IMG/VR virus record: IMGVR_UViG_3300045977_000215
Location: 1 to 53,292 of that record
Direction: 5' to 3' (one strand)
DNA from: a virus
Taxonomy: Duplodnaviria; Caudoviricetes
DNA: 53,292 nucleotides
The first letter of the stretch is position 1. Every line of letters starts with the position of its first letter. A program made the translations under genes and the position numbers. Positions 37,005 to 46,624 of this stretch are shown here, piece after piece. Below the pieces are notes generated by a model. The model made no database searches. It was not told the origin of the DNA and saw only the letters and a list, made by a program, of their open reading frames with translations.

Positions 37005-39107
37005 ATGCGCAGAGTTCTCACGCTGTTGATCCTTCTGGTCGCGGTGTCGCCAGCCTGGGCGCAGGTGCAGTACGATCGGGACACTGCCGCGACCGCAAAA
37101 GACAAACTCGATATGGTCGGCTGCGTCCGACGAGACGCGACGTCGGGCGCCACCGTCACCACGGACGGGGACCGGGCGCCCTGCATCGTGGACGCGAACG
37201 GTATGCTGTGGGTCACGCTCGGCACCGTCGCGACCGCCATGCCGTACTCCACGAGCGGCACCCTCCAGAGCGCGGCCACGGCGAACGGCAACGGGACGAC
37301 GCTGGCCACCGCGAATCTCGTGGCGGCCGTGCTCACTGTCAACTGCGCCTCGTGCTCCGGCGGCACTACGATCAACTTCGAGGGGACGGAGGACGCCACG
37401 AACTTCGTGGCGCTCCAGGCGCACCAGCTCGGCACCAATACCATCGCCACGACCACAGCCACGGCGGGCCTGACCTATTGGCATCTCCCGGTGGCTGGCC
37501 TCCAGTCTATCCGGGCGCGCATCTCGGCCTACAGCGCGGGGACGGTGACGATCACGGGCCACACCTCGGCGAACGACACGCGGGCTCAGGTGATGAACGC
37601 GAACGTGGTGAACACGCCGACGGTAACGGTCGGAACCTTCCCGGACAACGAACCGTTCAACGTGGCGCAAATCAACGGCGCGACGCCGCTCATGGGCACG
37701 GGCAACACGGGGACGGGCTCGCTCCGGGTCACTATCGCCACGGACCAGGCGCAGTTGACAAACGCGCTGAAGGTCGATGGATCGGCGGTCACGCAGCCTG
37801 TAAGCGGGACCGTCACGGCCAACGCCGGGACAAACCTCAACACGAGCTCGCTCCTGACGACGTCGGCCCATGACGCGGCGTTCGGGACGGCGGGCACGGC
37901 GGATGCTCAGGTGCGCTCGATTCAGGGCATCGCGTCGATGACACCCGTCCAGGTGAGCCAGGCCACCGCCTCCAACCTCAACGCCACGGTGGTCGGCACG
38001 GGCACGCTGGCCGTCCAAGTGGACGGGGCGGCTCTGACCGCGCTGCAACTCATCGACAACCTACCCAACACCATCGGCTCGACGACCTCGGGCCAGAGCG
38101 GCGCCCTGGGGCTCGGCGCAGTCACCACGGCCGCGCCGACCTACACTACGGCGCAGACTCACCCGCTATCCCTCCAGACGGATGGCGCGCTACGGGTCGC
38201 CGGCGCAGTCTCATGCTCCAATTGCACCGGGAGCGGTGCCAGCCATACGGACGACGCGCTCTTCACCGTGGCGTCTGGCGCCGTGGCGCCAGCCGGCTTT
38301 CTCTTCGACGACGCCGGGCCGGACTCAGTGAATGAGGGCGACGTAGGCGTGGGGCGCATGAGCGCCAACCGGGTGCCCTACGCGACCATTCGCGATGCTG
38401 CCGGCAACGAGCGCGGCGTGAACGTGACGGCTGGCAACGCCCTGGTGGTCGACGGGTCTGCGAGTACGCAGCCGGTGAGCGGCACTGTCACCGTCGGAAC
38501 GTTCCCGGATAACGAGCCGTTCAATGTCTCGCAGATCAATGGCGTGACGGTCCTGATGGGGGCCGGCAATACCGGCACGGGATCGCAGCGTGTCACCGAG
38601 GCGACGGACAGTCAACTCTCGGCCGGGGTGGGCGCGACGGGCGACGCGGCGGCGACAGCTGGAAGCACCGGATCCGTCACCGCGAAGCTCCGGCTGATGA
38701 CGTCTCAGCTCGACGCCATGTCGACGACGTTGACTTCGATCGCCGCAGACCAGACCGGCGCGTCGGTCCACTACCGGACGAGCGCGGGCGCGACCGAAGA
38801 CGAGCACGAGATCAAAGGGACGGCCGGGCGTCTGTTCAGCGTCACGGTGACCAACACCAACGCCGCGGCGCGATATCTACGGTGCTACAACCTGACCGCG
38901 GCTAACACCACCCCGGGCACGTCCACGGTGTTCTTCGGGCTGGCCATCCCGGGCGCCACCACGGGCGCTGGCTTCACGACCAACTTCGGGCCGGCCGGTA
39001 TAGCGTTTGGCACGGCGCTAACCTGCGCATTTACGACCGGCGCGGCGGACACTGACGTTGCCGAGGTGGCGGCGAATGAGATCAAGGCCGTCTACGCGTA
39101 CAAGTGA
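37005..39107 (+). CDS. Signal-peptide-bearing fibre-like protein with internal repeats
   Basis: MRRVLTLLILLVAVSPAWA/Q; duplicated TVTVGTFPDNEPFNV.QING...GNTGTGS and VDGS..TQPVSGTVT. Confidence 0.75.
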   Translation: MRRVLTLLILLVAVSPAWAQVQYDRDTAATAKDKLDMVGCVRRDATSGATVTTDGDRAPCIVDANGMLWVTLGTVATAMPYSTSGTLQSAATANGNGTTLATANLVAAVLTVNCASCSGGTTINFEGTEDATNFVALQAHQLGTNTIATTTATAGLTYWHLPVAGLQSIRARISAYSAGTVTITGHTSANDTRAQVMNANVVNTPTVTVGTFPDNEPFNVAQINGATPLMGTGNTGTGSLRVTIATDQAQLTNALKVDGSAVTQPVSGTVTANAGTNLNTSSLLTTSAHDAAFGTAGTADAQVRSIQGIASMTPVQVSQATASNLNATVVGTGTLAVQVDGAALTALQLIDNLPNTIGSTTSGQSGALGLGAVTTAAPTYTTAQTHPLSLQTDGALRVAGAVSCSNCTGSGASHTDDALFTVASGAVAPAGFLFDDAGPDSVNEGDVGVGRMSANRVPYATIRDAAGNERGVNVTAGNALVVDGSASTQPVSGTVTVGTFPDNEPFNVSQINGVTVLMGAGNTGTGSQRVTEATDSQLSAGVGATGDAAATAGSTGSVTAKLRLMTSQLDAMSTTLTSIAADQTGASVHYRTSAGATEDEHEIKGTAGRLFSVTVTNTNAAARYLRCYNLTAANTTPGTSTVFFGLAIPGATTGAGFTTNFGPAGIAFGTALTCAFTTGAADTDVAEVAANEIKAVYAYK

Positions 39108-39889
39108 TGATGATGAGACGCCTACTACTCATATCGGCGCTGATCGTAGGATGTCCCGCGGCGGCATGGGCGGCAGTCGCCTTCGACGCCTTCGGCTACG
39201 AGCGGTGCATGGTGACAGGCGCCACGTGCACCAGCGACACATCGAACACGTACGCCATCACGGTAGGAGCCGGGTCTGAGCGACAGTTAGCGGTCTTTGT
39301 GTTCATCGGGTGCTCGTCTGCGAGTACGGCCCCGGCCATATCAGGCGTGACGTATGCCGGCCAGGCGCTGACCCAGATTGCCGCAGTGAATCCCCACCAG
39401 GCTCGTCGGGGGGAGCTGTGGGCTCTACCGGCCGGTACCGAGCCAACCAGCGGGACCAACAACGTGGTGATCACGCTCGCCGCAGCCCTCAGCACGAACT
39501 GCGGCGGGAACGGGTCAATGCAGAGTGGGGCGATCTCGGCGACAGGAGTAGACCAGACAACGACCTTCACCAGCAGCAATACGAACTCAGGCACGAGCAC
39601 CACGCCCACAGTCACCCTCTCCTCTAGCGGGGCGAATGACCTGGTGGTGCATGCGGTGTGCGCTGGAGACGGTATCACCAGCACAGCGGAAGGCACGGAG
39701 CGATGGAACGACGATAACACGCTCAGCAGTTGCGGCTCCTCTGGTGGAGCGACCGTGCCGGGTGGAGACACATCACTTGCATGGACCGTCCCGAGCGACT
39801 CGTGGATTATGCTCGGGGCATCCTTCAAGGCCTCCGGTGGGGCTGCGGCCGGAGCCAGTCGCCAAATGCTCCTCGGGGTAGGGCCATGA
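39104..39889 (+). CDS. Signal-peptide-bearing beta-rich protein
   Basis: RRLLLISALIVGCPAAAWA/A; C-terminal RQMLLGVGP; exact start among consecutive Met codons is uncertain. Confidence 0.7.
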   Translation: MMMMRRLLLISALIVGCPAAAWAAVAFDAFGYERCMVTGATCTSDTSNTYAITVGAGSERQLAVFVFIGCSSASTAPAISGVTYAGQALTQIAAVNPHQARRGELWALPAGTEPTSGTNNVVITLAAALSTNCGGNGSMQSGAISATGVDQTTTFTSSNTNSGTSTTPTVTLSSSGANDLVVHAVCAGDGITSTAEGTERWNDDNTLSSCGSSGGATVPGGDTSLAWTVPSDSWIMLGASFKASGGAAAGASRQMLLGVGP

Positions 39890-41199
39890 GCATAGCTGTC
39901 GCCATACTCCTGGGGCTGCTCGCGGCGGCGCCTGCCAGCGCGGCCGTCCTCGTGGCGGCGAGCTGCAGCAATGCCGATGTCCAGACCAAGGTCAATGAGG
40001 CATCGAGCGGCGACACAGTGCAGCTCCCGGCTCCCTGTACGCCGACGTGGTCGGCTAACGTCAGTATTCCGTCCACCAAGGGCATTACGCTCGACGGTGA
40101 CGGCGCCACCGTGGCCGGGAAGGGCGTGACGATCGCGCCCCATGCCACGGTCTCAACCCGAGTGACGAACTTCACATTCTCGGCCACCGGAGTTGAGGAT
40201 CTCATCAGAGTGACCGGGACGAGTCTTACCACGGCGCGGTGGCGCCTGGACCACGCGACCTTCACCGGCGACGCGCATCGGATGATCCGCGTCGATGCCT
40301 CGCCGGGCCTCATCGATCATGTGACGTTCACGGCGCTCGGCTGGGCGTCCGAGTTCATTCACGTTGAGGGGTGGGGCTCGTCGAGTAGTGCCGGGTGGAC
40401 GAACGCGCATACGCCCGGCAGCGACGAAGCGGTCTATATTGAAGACAGCACGTTTACGACCACGTCATCCGAGAGTGGCAATGCGTGGATACAATCCTAT
40501 TACGGTGCGCGGATCGTGTACCGATACAACACCTTCAACTACACAAAGACGGATGCCCACGGCACGGCCGGCAACATCGGGACTCGATGGTGGGAATTCT
40601 ACGGCAACACCTTTGATCTCGCGGGCGGCGCCAACCCTGGCGGGAGCGCGATGAATCTGCGGGCGGGCAGCGGGATTATTTTCGGCAACATCCGCGTGGG
40701 GAATCCTGGGCAGGTCGGGCTCTGCGAGGAAGACTCTGGCTACCCAGCGCTCTATCAGATCGGCCGTGGTCAAGATCAGTCCCTGTACCCCGCCTATGCC
40801 TGGAACAACGGCACATTCAGCTATGGTATCAATAGCTGCGAGGCGACGCCGGCTGCGAATATGGTGGCTTTGAATCGCGACGTGTACGTTGATACCGGCG
40901 CATCCTGCACCGCCGGTGGCGCCTGTACGACTGGCGTGGGGAGCGGCACCACGCTCCCGACGACCTGTACGACCAACACCGGATTTTGGAAGACGGACGA
41001 AGGCGAGTGGTGGGCGGCGAATGCCGGCAACGATGGCCGGCTCTACAAGTGTACGTCCACCAACACCTGGACGCTCTACTACACGCCGCTGATCTATCCG
41101 CACCCGCTCCAGGGCGTCGCAGGAGGCTCGCCGCAACTCCCACTCGCCACGACGCGCCCGGTAGTGTCGTCACGGCCGCTGGCGACGTCACGACCCTAA
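39886..41199 (+). CDS. Signal-peptide-bearing right-handed beta-helix (pectin-lyase-like) protein
   Basis: MSIAVAILLGLLAAAPASA/A; SGDTVQLP; IDHVTF, IEDSTF, YRYNTF, FYGNTF coils. Confidence 0.7.
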   Translation: MSIAVAILLGLLAAAPASAAVLVAASCSNADVQTKVNEASSGDTVQLPAPCTPTWSANVSIPSTKGITLDGDGATVAGKGVTIAPHATVSTRVTNFTFSATGVEDLIRVTGTSLTTARWRLDHATFTGDAHRMIRVDASPGLIDHVTFTALGWASEFIHVEGWGSSSSAGWTNAHTPGSDEAVYIEDSTFTTTSSESGNAWIQSYYGARIVYRYNTFNYTKTDAHGTAGNIGTRWWEFYGNTFDLAGGANPGGSAMNLRAGSGIIFGNIRVGNPGQVGLCEEDSGYPALYQIGRGQDQSLYPAYAWNNGTFSYGINSCEATPAANMVALNRDVYVDTGASCTAGGACTTGVGSGTTLPTTCTTNTGFWKTDEGEWWAANAGNDGRLYKCTSTNTWTLYYTPLIYPHPLQGVAGGSPQLPLATTRPVVSSRPLATSRP

Positions 41200-41212
41200 G
41201 GAGACCACGCAC

Positions 41213-41662
41213 ATGGCCAATCTCGTCTACAACAAGGGTCTGGAGGAACTTGGCAAGGCGCTTACGGACCTCGACGCCTCAGACCTCCGCATGCTGCTCG
41301 TGCAGTCGACGTACACGGCGAACAAGGATCATCTCACCGTCGATGACGGCACGGCCAACGACCCGGCCAGCCACGAGGTGAGCGTCAGTGGCTACGGGCG
41401 CCAAGCTCTGGCGAACAAGGTGGTGACGCGGGACGATACCAACGATTTTGCGTATCTCGATGCGGACGACGTTGTATTTGTGACGCTGGCCACGGGCCAG
41501 ACCGTCGGTGGCGCGGTGCTATTTCGCCATACGGGTGCTGACGGCACCGCTGTGCTGATCGGATTTTACGATCTCGCGGACACCCCAACGAATGGTGGCA
41601 ATATCACAGTTCAATTCAACACGCCCGCGAACGGCGGCGCACTCAAGCTGGAGAGTCTGTAG
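41213..41662 (+). CDS. Small virion structural protein
   Basis: AAGGAG RBS; MANLVYNKG...LDADDV.F...TPTNGGNITVQF. Confidence 0.7.
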   Translation: MANLVYNKGLEELGKALTDLDASDLRMLLVQSTYTANKDHLTVDDGTANDPASHEVSVSGYGRQALANKVVTRDDTNDFAYLDADDVVFVTLATGQTVGGAVLFRHTGADGTAVLIGFYDLADTPTNGGNITVQFNTPANGGALKLESL

Positions 41663-41699
41663 GGCTGAGGCCGATGCATGATCTTGGCGTGGTGGCCTG

Positions 41700-42248
41700 A
41701 TGCTGTTACTGCTGCACACCCTACCCGGGGCAGGGGATACCACGCTTGCCGCCGGGGCGCAGACGGTCCGCATCAGTGCCCCCACGGTGACGCTCGTGCC
41801 TGGGTCCGTCACCCTGGCGGCGGGCGCACTCACCATCCGCGTCTCCGCCCCGACCGCGACGCTCGTCCCGACGGGCGGGGGCGTCCTCGCGGCGGGCGCG
41901 CTGACAGTGCGGGTCTCTGCACCATCGGCGCAGATCGTCGGTGGTCCGGTGACGGTAGCGGCGGACGCGCTCAGGGCGCGTGTCACGGCTCCCGCAGCGA
42001 CGGTCGCCACAAGCATTGCGCTCGCCGCTGGGCTGCAGCGGGTCCGCGTCACACTCCCGGTCGCGACGCTCGTTCCTGGGGTCACTACGCTGACCGCGGG
42101 CCTGCTCGGCGTGCGGGTGATCCTGCCGGCCCTCGGCCAGCCCATCGGGCCGGAGAATCTCCTGTCGGAGCCGGTCGAGCTGATCGCCGACGACGACGCG
42201 GTTTCGATGGTCGCCGACGATGACACGATCTTACTCTTGGTGACCTAG
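41700..42248 (+). CDS. Repeat protein (~6 x 23-aa LAAGAL.vRVsAP units)
   Basis: Repeats visible in translation. Confidence 0.7.
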   Translation: MLLLLHTLPGAGDTTLAAGAQTVRISAPTVTLVPGSVTLAAGALTIRVSAPTATLVPTGGGVLAAGALTVRVSAPSAQIVGGPVTVAADALRARVTAPAATVATSIALAAGLQRVRVTLPVATLVPGVTTLTAGLLGVRVILPALGQPIGPENLLSEPVELIADDDAVSMVADDDTILLLVT

Positions 42249-42260
42249 GGGGGGACACAC

Positions 42261-42602
42261 ATGGCCGCTGCGAGCGACATCGTGCGCACGGTGGGAGATC
42301 GACAGCTAGCGATCCGTGGGGCATTCAAGCGCCGCGTGAACGGCACTACCACGCCGATGGACCTGACCGGCGCCACGATCACGTTTCGCATGGTGGAGGC
42401 GCTGGCGCCGCATAGCGTCGTCGTCAACTGGAGTGCTGCGGTCATCCAGGACGCGGCCGAAGGGCTCGTGTATTACGCGCCGACTGCTGGTGACGTGGAC
42501 ACCGAGGGCACGTACCTGGCCTACTTCCGCTCGTCGCTGGGCGGACTCGACCTGACGTTGCCGACCGCTGGCTTCCAGGTGCAGCTCGTGGCGGCGAAAT
42601 GA
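42261..42602 (+). CDS. BppU N-terminal-like baseplate upper protein domain
   Basis: MDLTGATITFRM...DAAEGLVYY...DVDTEGTY. Confidence 0.65.
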   Translation: MAAASDIVRTVGDRQLAIRGAFKRRVNGTTTPMDLTGATITFRMVEALAPHSVVVNWSAAVIQDAAEGLVYYAPTAGDVDTEGTYLAYFRSSLGGLDLTLPTAGFQVQLVAAK

Positions 42603-42823
42603 GCGAGCGCCTTATCATCACCACGTCCGCCATCGGCGTGGCCCATTTCTTCGCCTTCTGGACGCCGGACGGCTGGCGCCTGCTCCGCGCGTATGAGACG
42701 CCACCGACGCATGGTCGGTGGGTGGCGCTCTCCGATCTGTGGCGCTACGACGTCGGCGCCATCGACGCCGACGAGGCGCGCCTTGTCGCGTTGGCGCCGG
42801 CCACATCCGATCCGTGGGCATAA
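42599..42823 (+). CDS. Hypothetical protein
   Basis: ATGA coupling. Confidence 0.5.
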   Translation: MSERLIITTSAIGVAHFFAFWTPDGWRLLRAYETPPTHGRWVALSDLWRYDVGAIDADEARLVALAPATSDPWA

Positions 42824-42845
42824 CACCAACCCGAAAGGAGCGTCC

Positions 42846-43868
42846 ATGATCGTCGGGCTCTTGATGATTGCCGTACTACTCTCCTTCGCCACACCTGCCC
42901 TCGCCGCGCTCCACTGCGTGCAGGGCACCATCCGGCCACCCTCTCGGTGCGAGGCCATCTACGATTCGATCTACGCCGCGCAGGATGCGGCCGGCCCTCG
43001 GGATGAGGTCCGCGTGTTCGGCACGACGCTGACGCCGACCACCGTCGTGCTCAAGGCGCGCAAGCTGACCGGGCACCGGGCCGTCCTGGACGCGCGCGAC
43101 AATCCCGGCGTGGTGCTCCACGTCGGCGACCTGGAGGACGTCTCCACCTTCGACCTCGACGATCTGACCATCCTGCACCCGGGAACCGCTGATGCTGTCG
43201 GGGTGCGATTCGCCCAGCTCGACGCGAGCGCCGGGACCACCGGGCTCGTCATCGAGGGGCCACGCGGCGGGCAGGGGATCGGCGTGGACGTGATCCCGGG
43301 CGCCGGGCGCGTTGATGTCAAGGGCAACGTCTCGACATCCATCATCTCCGGCGTCGGCGTGGGTATTCGCGTGACCGATGCGGTGGGCCGATTCAGCGCC
43401 GACGGCATGGTGATCCGCGACGTCAAGACGGGACTCCAGACGACGGGCTTCTACCTCGACGGCAGGGATCACTCCGGCCTCGGGCAGATATTCCGCAGCG
43501 AGATCGCCTGCCAGCGGCCGGAGTCCATCGGGCTCCATGAGATCAGCCCAGCGCTACAGGATCACTCGCGCCTCAACATCCACTCCTGCTCAGTCGCGGT
43601 CCAGATCGAGTGCCGGCCGGGCTACGGGTGCGGGCGCGGTGGCGCCTATGACTTCCTCACCATCGCGACCTCGCCATGCCCAGAGGCCAAGCCTGGCCTG
43701 CCGGCGGTGTGCTCGCCCTGCGTGGCCGTGCGGACGGTGCAGGAGGACGGCACGGTGCTCGACGGCCACCAAAATGATCCGACGTGCGGGAGCAATTGGG
43801 ACGCGCAGACGACGATTGACGCCGTGAAAATCACGCCGCACGCGACGATCTGCCGCAAGGTGTTCTGA
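42846..43868 (+). CDS. Signal-peptide-bearing Cys-rich beta-helix-like protein
   Basis: AAGGAG RBS; MIVGLLMIAVLLSFATPALA/A; YDSIYAAQDAA...DEVRV. Confidence 0.65.
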   Translation: MIVGLLMIAVLLSFATPALAALHCVQGTIRPPSRCEAIYDSIYAAQDAAGPRDEVRVFGTTLTPTTVVLKARKLTGHRAVLDARDNPGVVLHVGDLEDVSTFDLDDLTILHPGTADAVGVRFAQLDASAGTTGLVIEGPRGGQGIGVDVIPGAGRVDVKGNVSTSIISGVGVGIRVTDAVGRFSADGMVIRDVKTGLQTTGFYLDGRDHSGLGQIFRSEIACQRPESIGLHEISPALQDHSRLNIHSCSVAVQIECRPGYGCGRGGAYDFLTIATSPCPEAKPGLPAVCSPCVAVRTVQEDGTVLDGHQNDPTCGSNWDAQTTIDAVKITPHATICRKVF

Positions 43869-43892
43869 GCCGGCCGCTGCGGCCGAGGATGA

Positions 43893-44213
43893 ATGCCCGA
43901 GCAGGAGCCGGGATGGCTGAGCGATGCGACGCGTAGACTCCTGGCCGAGCATGCGGCGATCCTGGCCCGTCTCCATCGCGCGGAGAGCGATCTTGCGGAC
44001 TCGATGCGCGAGCGGATCGCCAGCGATGCGCTCGCGGCGCGAGAGCATCGCGAGCTCCGCGATGAGTACCTCGCGGGATTCAAGGCGATCGAAAAGAAAC
44101 TCGAAGGGTTGAAGATGTGGGCCATCGGCGTGCTCGGGGCACTTGTGATCAATCTGCTGATCTTCATCATCAACCAGATGGGCAAGGTCCTTGCTGCGAT
44201 CAACCCTCGATAA
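43893..44213 (+). CDS. Coiled-coil protein with C-terminal TM helix (holin/XhlA-like architecture)
   Basis: MWAIGVLGALVINLLIFII. Confidence 0.55.
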   Translation: MPEQEPGWLSDATRRLLAEHAAILARLHRAESDLADSMRERIASDALAAREHRELRDEYLAGFKAIEKKLEGLKMWAIGVLGALVINLLIFIINQMGKVLAAINPR

Positions 44214-44970
44214 GCTGGCGGTGCTCGGCCGGAGTGGCGCGCTCCTCGCGTCGGTCTCGGGCATTCTCCTGTTCGCGTTGCTCGTGCCGTTCACGCTGCG
44301 CCAACTCTACTGGCTCACGGAGTCGGAGCGGATCGTGGAGGAGACGGCCGACCCGGTGATACTAGATTTTCTGGCCGATCCGAATGTAAACCCGCCGGTA
44401 CCGCGCGACACGTGGTCAGCGGGCCAGACATTTTACGTCGAGCGGACACTCTGCGTCTACAAGCAGGTGACGGGTGTGGTGGAGCGCACGATCGTGGACA
44501 CGGCGCGCATCCCGATCAATCCGATTCAGCTCTCGACGCTGCTGTATCTGGACGCCTCGGCCTATGACGCCACCGGCCGATTGCTTCGGCCGCCGTGGTG
44601 TGGCAAGCGGCTCTCCGAGGTGACGGTGCCCACGCTGTTCGCCGGAGCCTCCGGGCCGGCAGCGCTCCACGCACGGATAGACGCGCATCTCAATCCGCTC
44701 AAGCCACATGTGTTCATTACGTTGCGTCCGGCCCGGTTCATTCTGTCGCATGTCCCGGCGCCGCGCGTGGATGATGCCGAGGCCAAGGCCTCGCGCGAGG
44801 CACTCGACGTGCGCACGCTGCTCATCACGCGCCGGCTCGACTTGCTCATGGAGCGATTCCGCGACGCCGAGCGGCATCTGGAACAGGTGCAGGCGTACCA
44901 GCGGCAGCTCGACAAGCACCTCCGTGCGCAGCGCGTGCTCCCGCCTGCGCCGGGAACAGGAGAGCGCTGA
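44191..44970 (+). CDS. Membrane-anchored hypothetical protein
   Basis: N-terminal TM helix; resembles 45457 ORF; start uncertain. Confidence 0.6.
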   Translation: MLRSTLDKLAVLGRSGALLASVSGILLFALLVPFTLRQLYWLTESERIVEETADPVILDFLADPNVNPPVPRDTWSAGQTFYVERTLCVYKQVTGVVERTIVDTARIPINPIQLSTLLYLDASAYDATGRLLRPPWCGKRLSEVTVPTLFAGASGPAALHARIDAHLNPLKPHVFITLRPARFILSHVPAPRVDDAEAKASREALDVRTLLITRRLDLLMERFRDAERHLEQVQAYQRQLDKHLRAQRVLPPAPGTGER

Positions 44971-45134
44971 TGGCCTCGTCTGACGTGACGGTGCGCGTGG
45001 CGGTGTCGCCGGACCTGGAGGCGCTCGCGAAATGGGTCCGCGCGGAGAACGCCGTCCGGCAGTGGCTCTACCTCCCGCACTGCGCGGCCCGGCCCCTCGA
45101 GCCGGCCCCGGAGGAGATGGCAACCACGCCATGA
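44970..45134 (+). CDS. 54-aa hypothetical protein
   Basis: TGATG and ATGA coupling on both sides. Confidence 0.45.
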   Translation: MASSDVTVRVAVSPDLEALAKWVRAENAVRQWLYLPHCAARPLEPAPEEMATTP

Positions 45135-45460
45135 CCGACGATGACGAGCTGGAGAAGCTGCGGCGACGTGTGGCGGACCTGGAGGGCGCGATCCTCGCGC
45201 AAGGCGAGCTGATCCGCGCCATCGTAGAGGGCCGCGTGTCGCTGGCCGAGGCCCGCGTGACCGCGCGTGTGTGCCAGAGCGAGGCCGCCGCAGTGCCCGG
45301 GCGCTACCTGCTCGACGTCATCGCGGGCTTGATTATCGCGATCGTGGCGATCGGTGGGCTACTCTACTATCTGGTGGTACATCCGTGGCCGGCGTGGGGC
45401 ATCTACATCCCGCCGCCGCATTCGTCCCAAATCCCAACCGAGGAGGCATATCGAGAATGA
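45131..45460 (+). CDS. Coiled-coil protein with TM helix
   Basis: VIAGLIIAIVAIGGLLYYLVV. Confidence 0.6.
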   Translation: MTDDDELEKLRRRVADLEGAILAQGELIRAIVEGRVSLAEARVTARVCQSEAAAVPGRYLLDVIAGLIIAIVAIGGLLYYLVVHPWPAWGIYIPPPHSSQIPTEEAYRE

Positions 45461-46125
45461 CTTGGCGAGGCGCACTCTACACGTTCGCGGCGACCGCACT
45501 TATCATCGGCGCCGGCACGGCCTACTACGCGGTGGCCGTCCAGCCGGACCCGTCTGTCCGCACCATCCCCATGAGCTGGCAGAATCGCGACACCGCACGG
45601 CCCGTGCTCAATCTCGGCGTCGACGCCAAGGGCTTGACGCTCGACCAGTACGTCTCGCAAGGCGGCAAGTCGCAGGACTACCGGCCCGTGGAGACGTCCA
45701 CCGTGCGCGCGGGAGGGATGATGTTCATCCTCCGCTACCAGGAGTTTCGTAACAAGCTGGCCGAGCCCATGATCCAGAGGCGCTTGCTCTGCGGGAAGGT
45801 GACGACGGGGCGGAACGGGGTGCCAGTGGTCGACGTGGATGGCATGGTGCCGTATGACCTCGGGGCGATCCCGGCGCCGAGTCGCACCGATGGCGCCGCG
45901 GTCAAAAATCACCCGACGCCCATCCCGCGGTGGGTGATGCTCGACGGCGCGGGCCAGGCCATTGCGACGCCGCGGACGTGCGTGTACAGCGCGTCGGCGA
46001 AATTTATTAAAAATCCGGTGCAGTCGGTGGACCTCAACTTCGCCAGCGTTGCCGTGACGGTGGCGCCGCCAGCTGAAGGCGCGCCGGCTGAGCGGACGGG
46101 GGCGGGGAACAACGGCAAGCGATGA
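45457..46125 (+). CDS. Membrane-anchored hypothetical protein
   Basis: GAGGAGG RBS; N-terminal TM helix. Confidence 0.65.
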   Translation: MTWRGALYTFAATALIIGAGTAYYAVAVQPDPSVRTIPMSWQNRDTARPVLNLGVDAKGLTLDQYVSQGGKSQDYRPVETSTVRAGGMMFILRYQEFRNKLAEPMIQRRLLCGKVTTGRNGVPVVDVDGMVPYDLGAIPAPSRTDGAAVKNHPTPIPRWVMLDGAGQAIATPRTCVYSASAKFIKNPVQSVDLNFASVAVTVAPPAEGAPAERTGAGNNGKR

Positions 46126-46141
46126 CAACAGGAGGCGACCC

Positions 46142-46378
46142 ATGGGCATCATCGGCGCGGTTGTGGCGAGTAGCATGAGCCTTCTTGGGCTCGTCATCTT
46201 GCTCATCGCCATCGGCGTGGGACTGTGGGCGCTGAACACCTACGCTGCGGCGATCATCGACCCCAAGATTCTGACCATCATCAACGTCGTCGTGGTCGGG
46301 GCGGTGATCGTCTGGCTGCTCTATCTCGTCGGCCTGCTGCCGATCGGCGCCGCCATCCCTGTGCCGAAGGTGCAGTGA
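46142..46378 (+). CDS. Small two-TM membrane protein
   Basis: AGGAGG RBS; LLIAIGVGLWALN...IDPKILTIINVVVV..VIVWLL. Confidence 0.7.
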   Translation: MGIIGAVVASSMSLLGLVILLIAIGVGLWALNTYAAAIIDPKILTIINVVVVGAVIVWLLYLVGLLPIGAAIPVPKVQ

Positions 46379-46599
46379 TGCCGGCCATCGATTGGGTGTC
46401 GGTCGGGCAGGGACTCCAGGCCAGCGTGCGCCCGATCGTCACGTTCATCTTCGCCGCGGCGATCGTGCTGGGCTTCCTCCAGGGGCGGCTGTCAGGCGAG
46501 ACGTTCATGGGGACGGCCGGCGTCATCATGGCGTTCTGGTTTGGGCAACGGGCCGAGCAGAGGACCGAGCAGCGCGCGGAGCTCCGGCCGGAGAAGTAG
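46378..46599 (+). CDS. Putative holin
   Basis: SVRPIVT...two TM helices...IMAFWFGQR plus charged tail. Confidence 0.6.
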   Translation: MPAIDWVSVGQGLQASVRPIVTFIFAAAIVLGFLQGRLSGETFMGTAGVIMAFWFGQRAEQRTEQRAELRPEK

Positions 46600-46624
46600 G
46601 GCGCGCCCTCGACGGCCTTCGTCG

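Noticed and set aside
37619-38609. Duplicated segments as DGR template/variable repeats
   Set aside because: Both copies are in-frame in one gene, differences are not adenine-specific, and no reverse transcriptase is present
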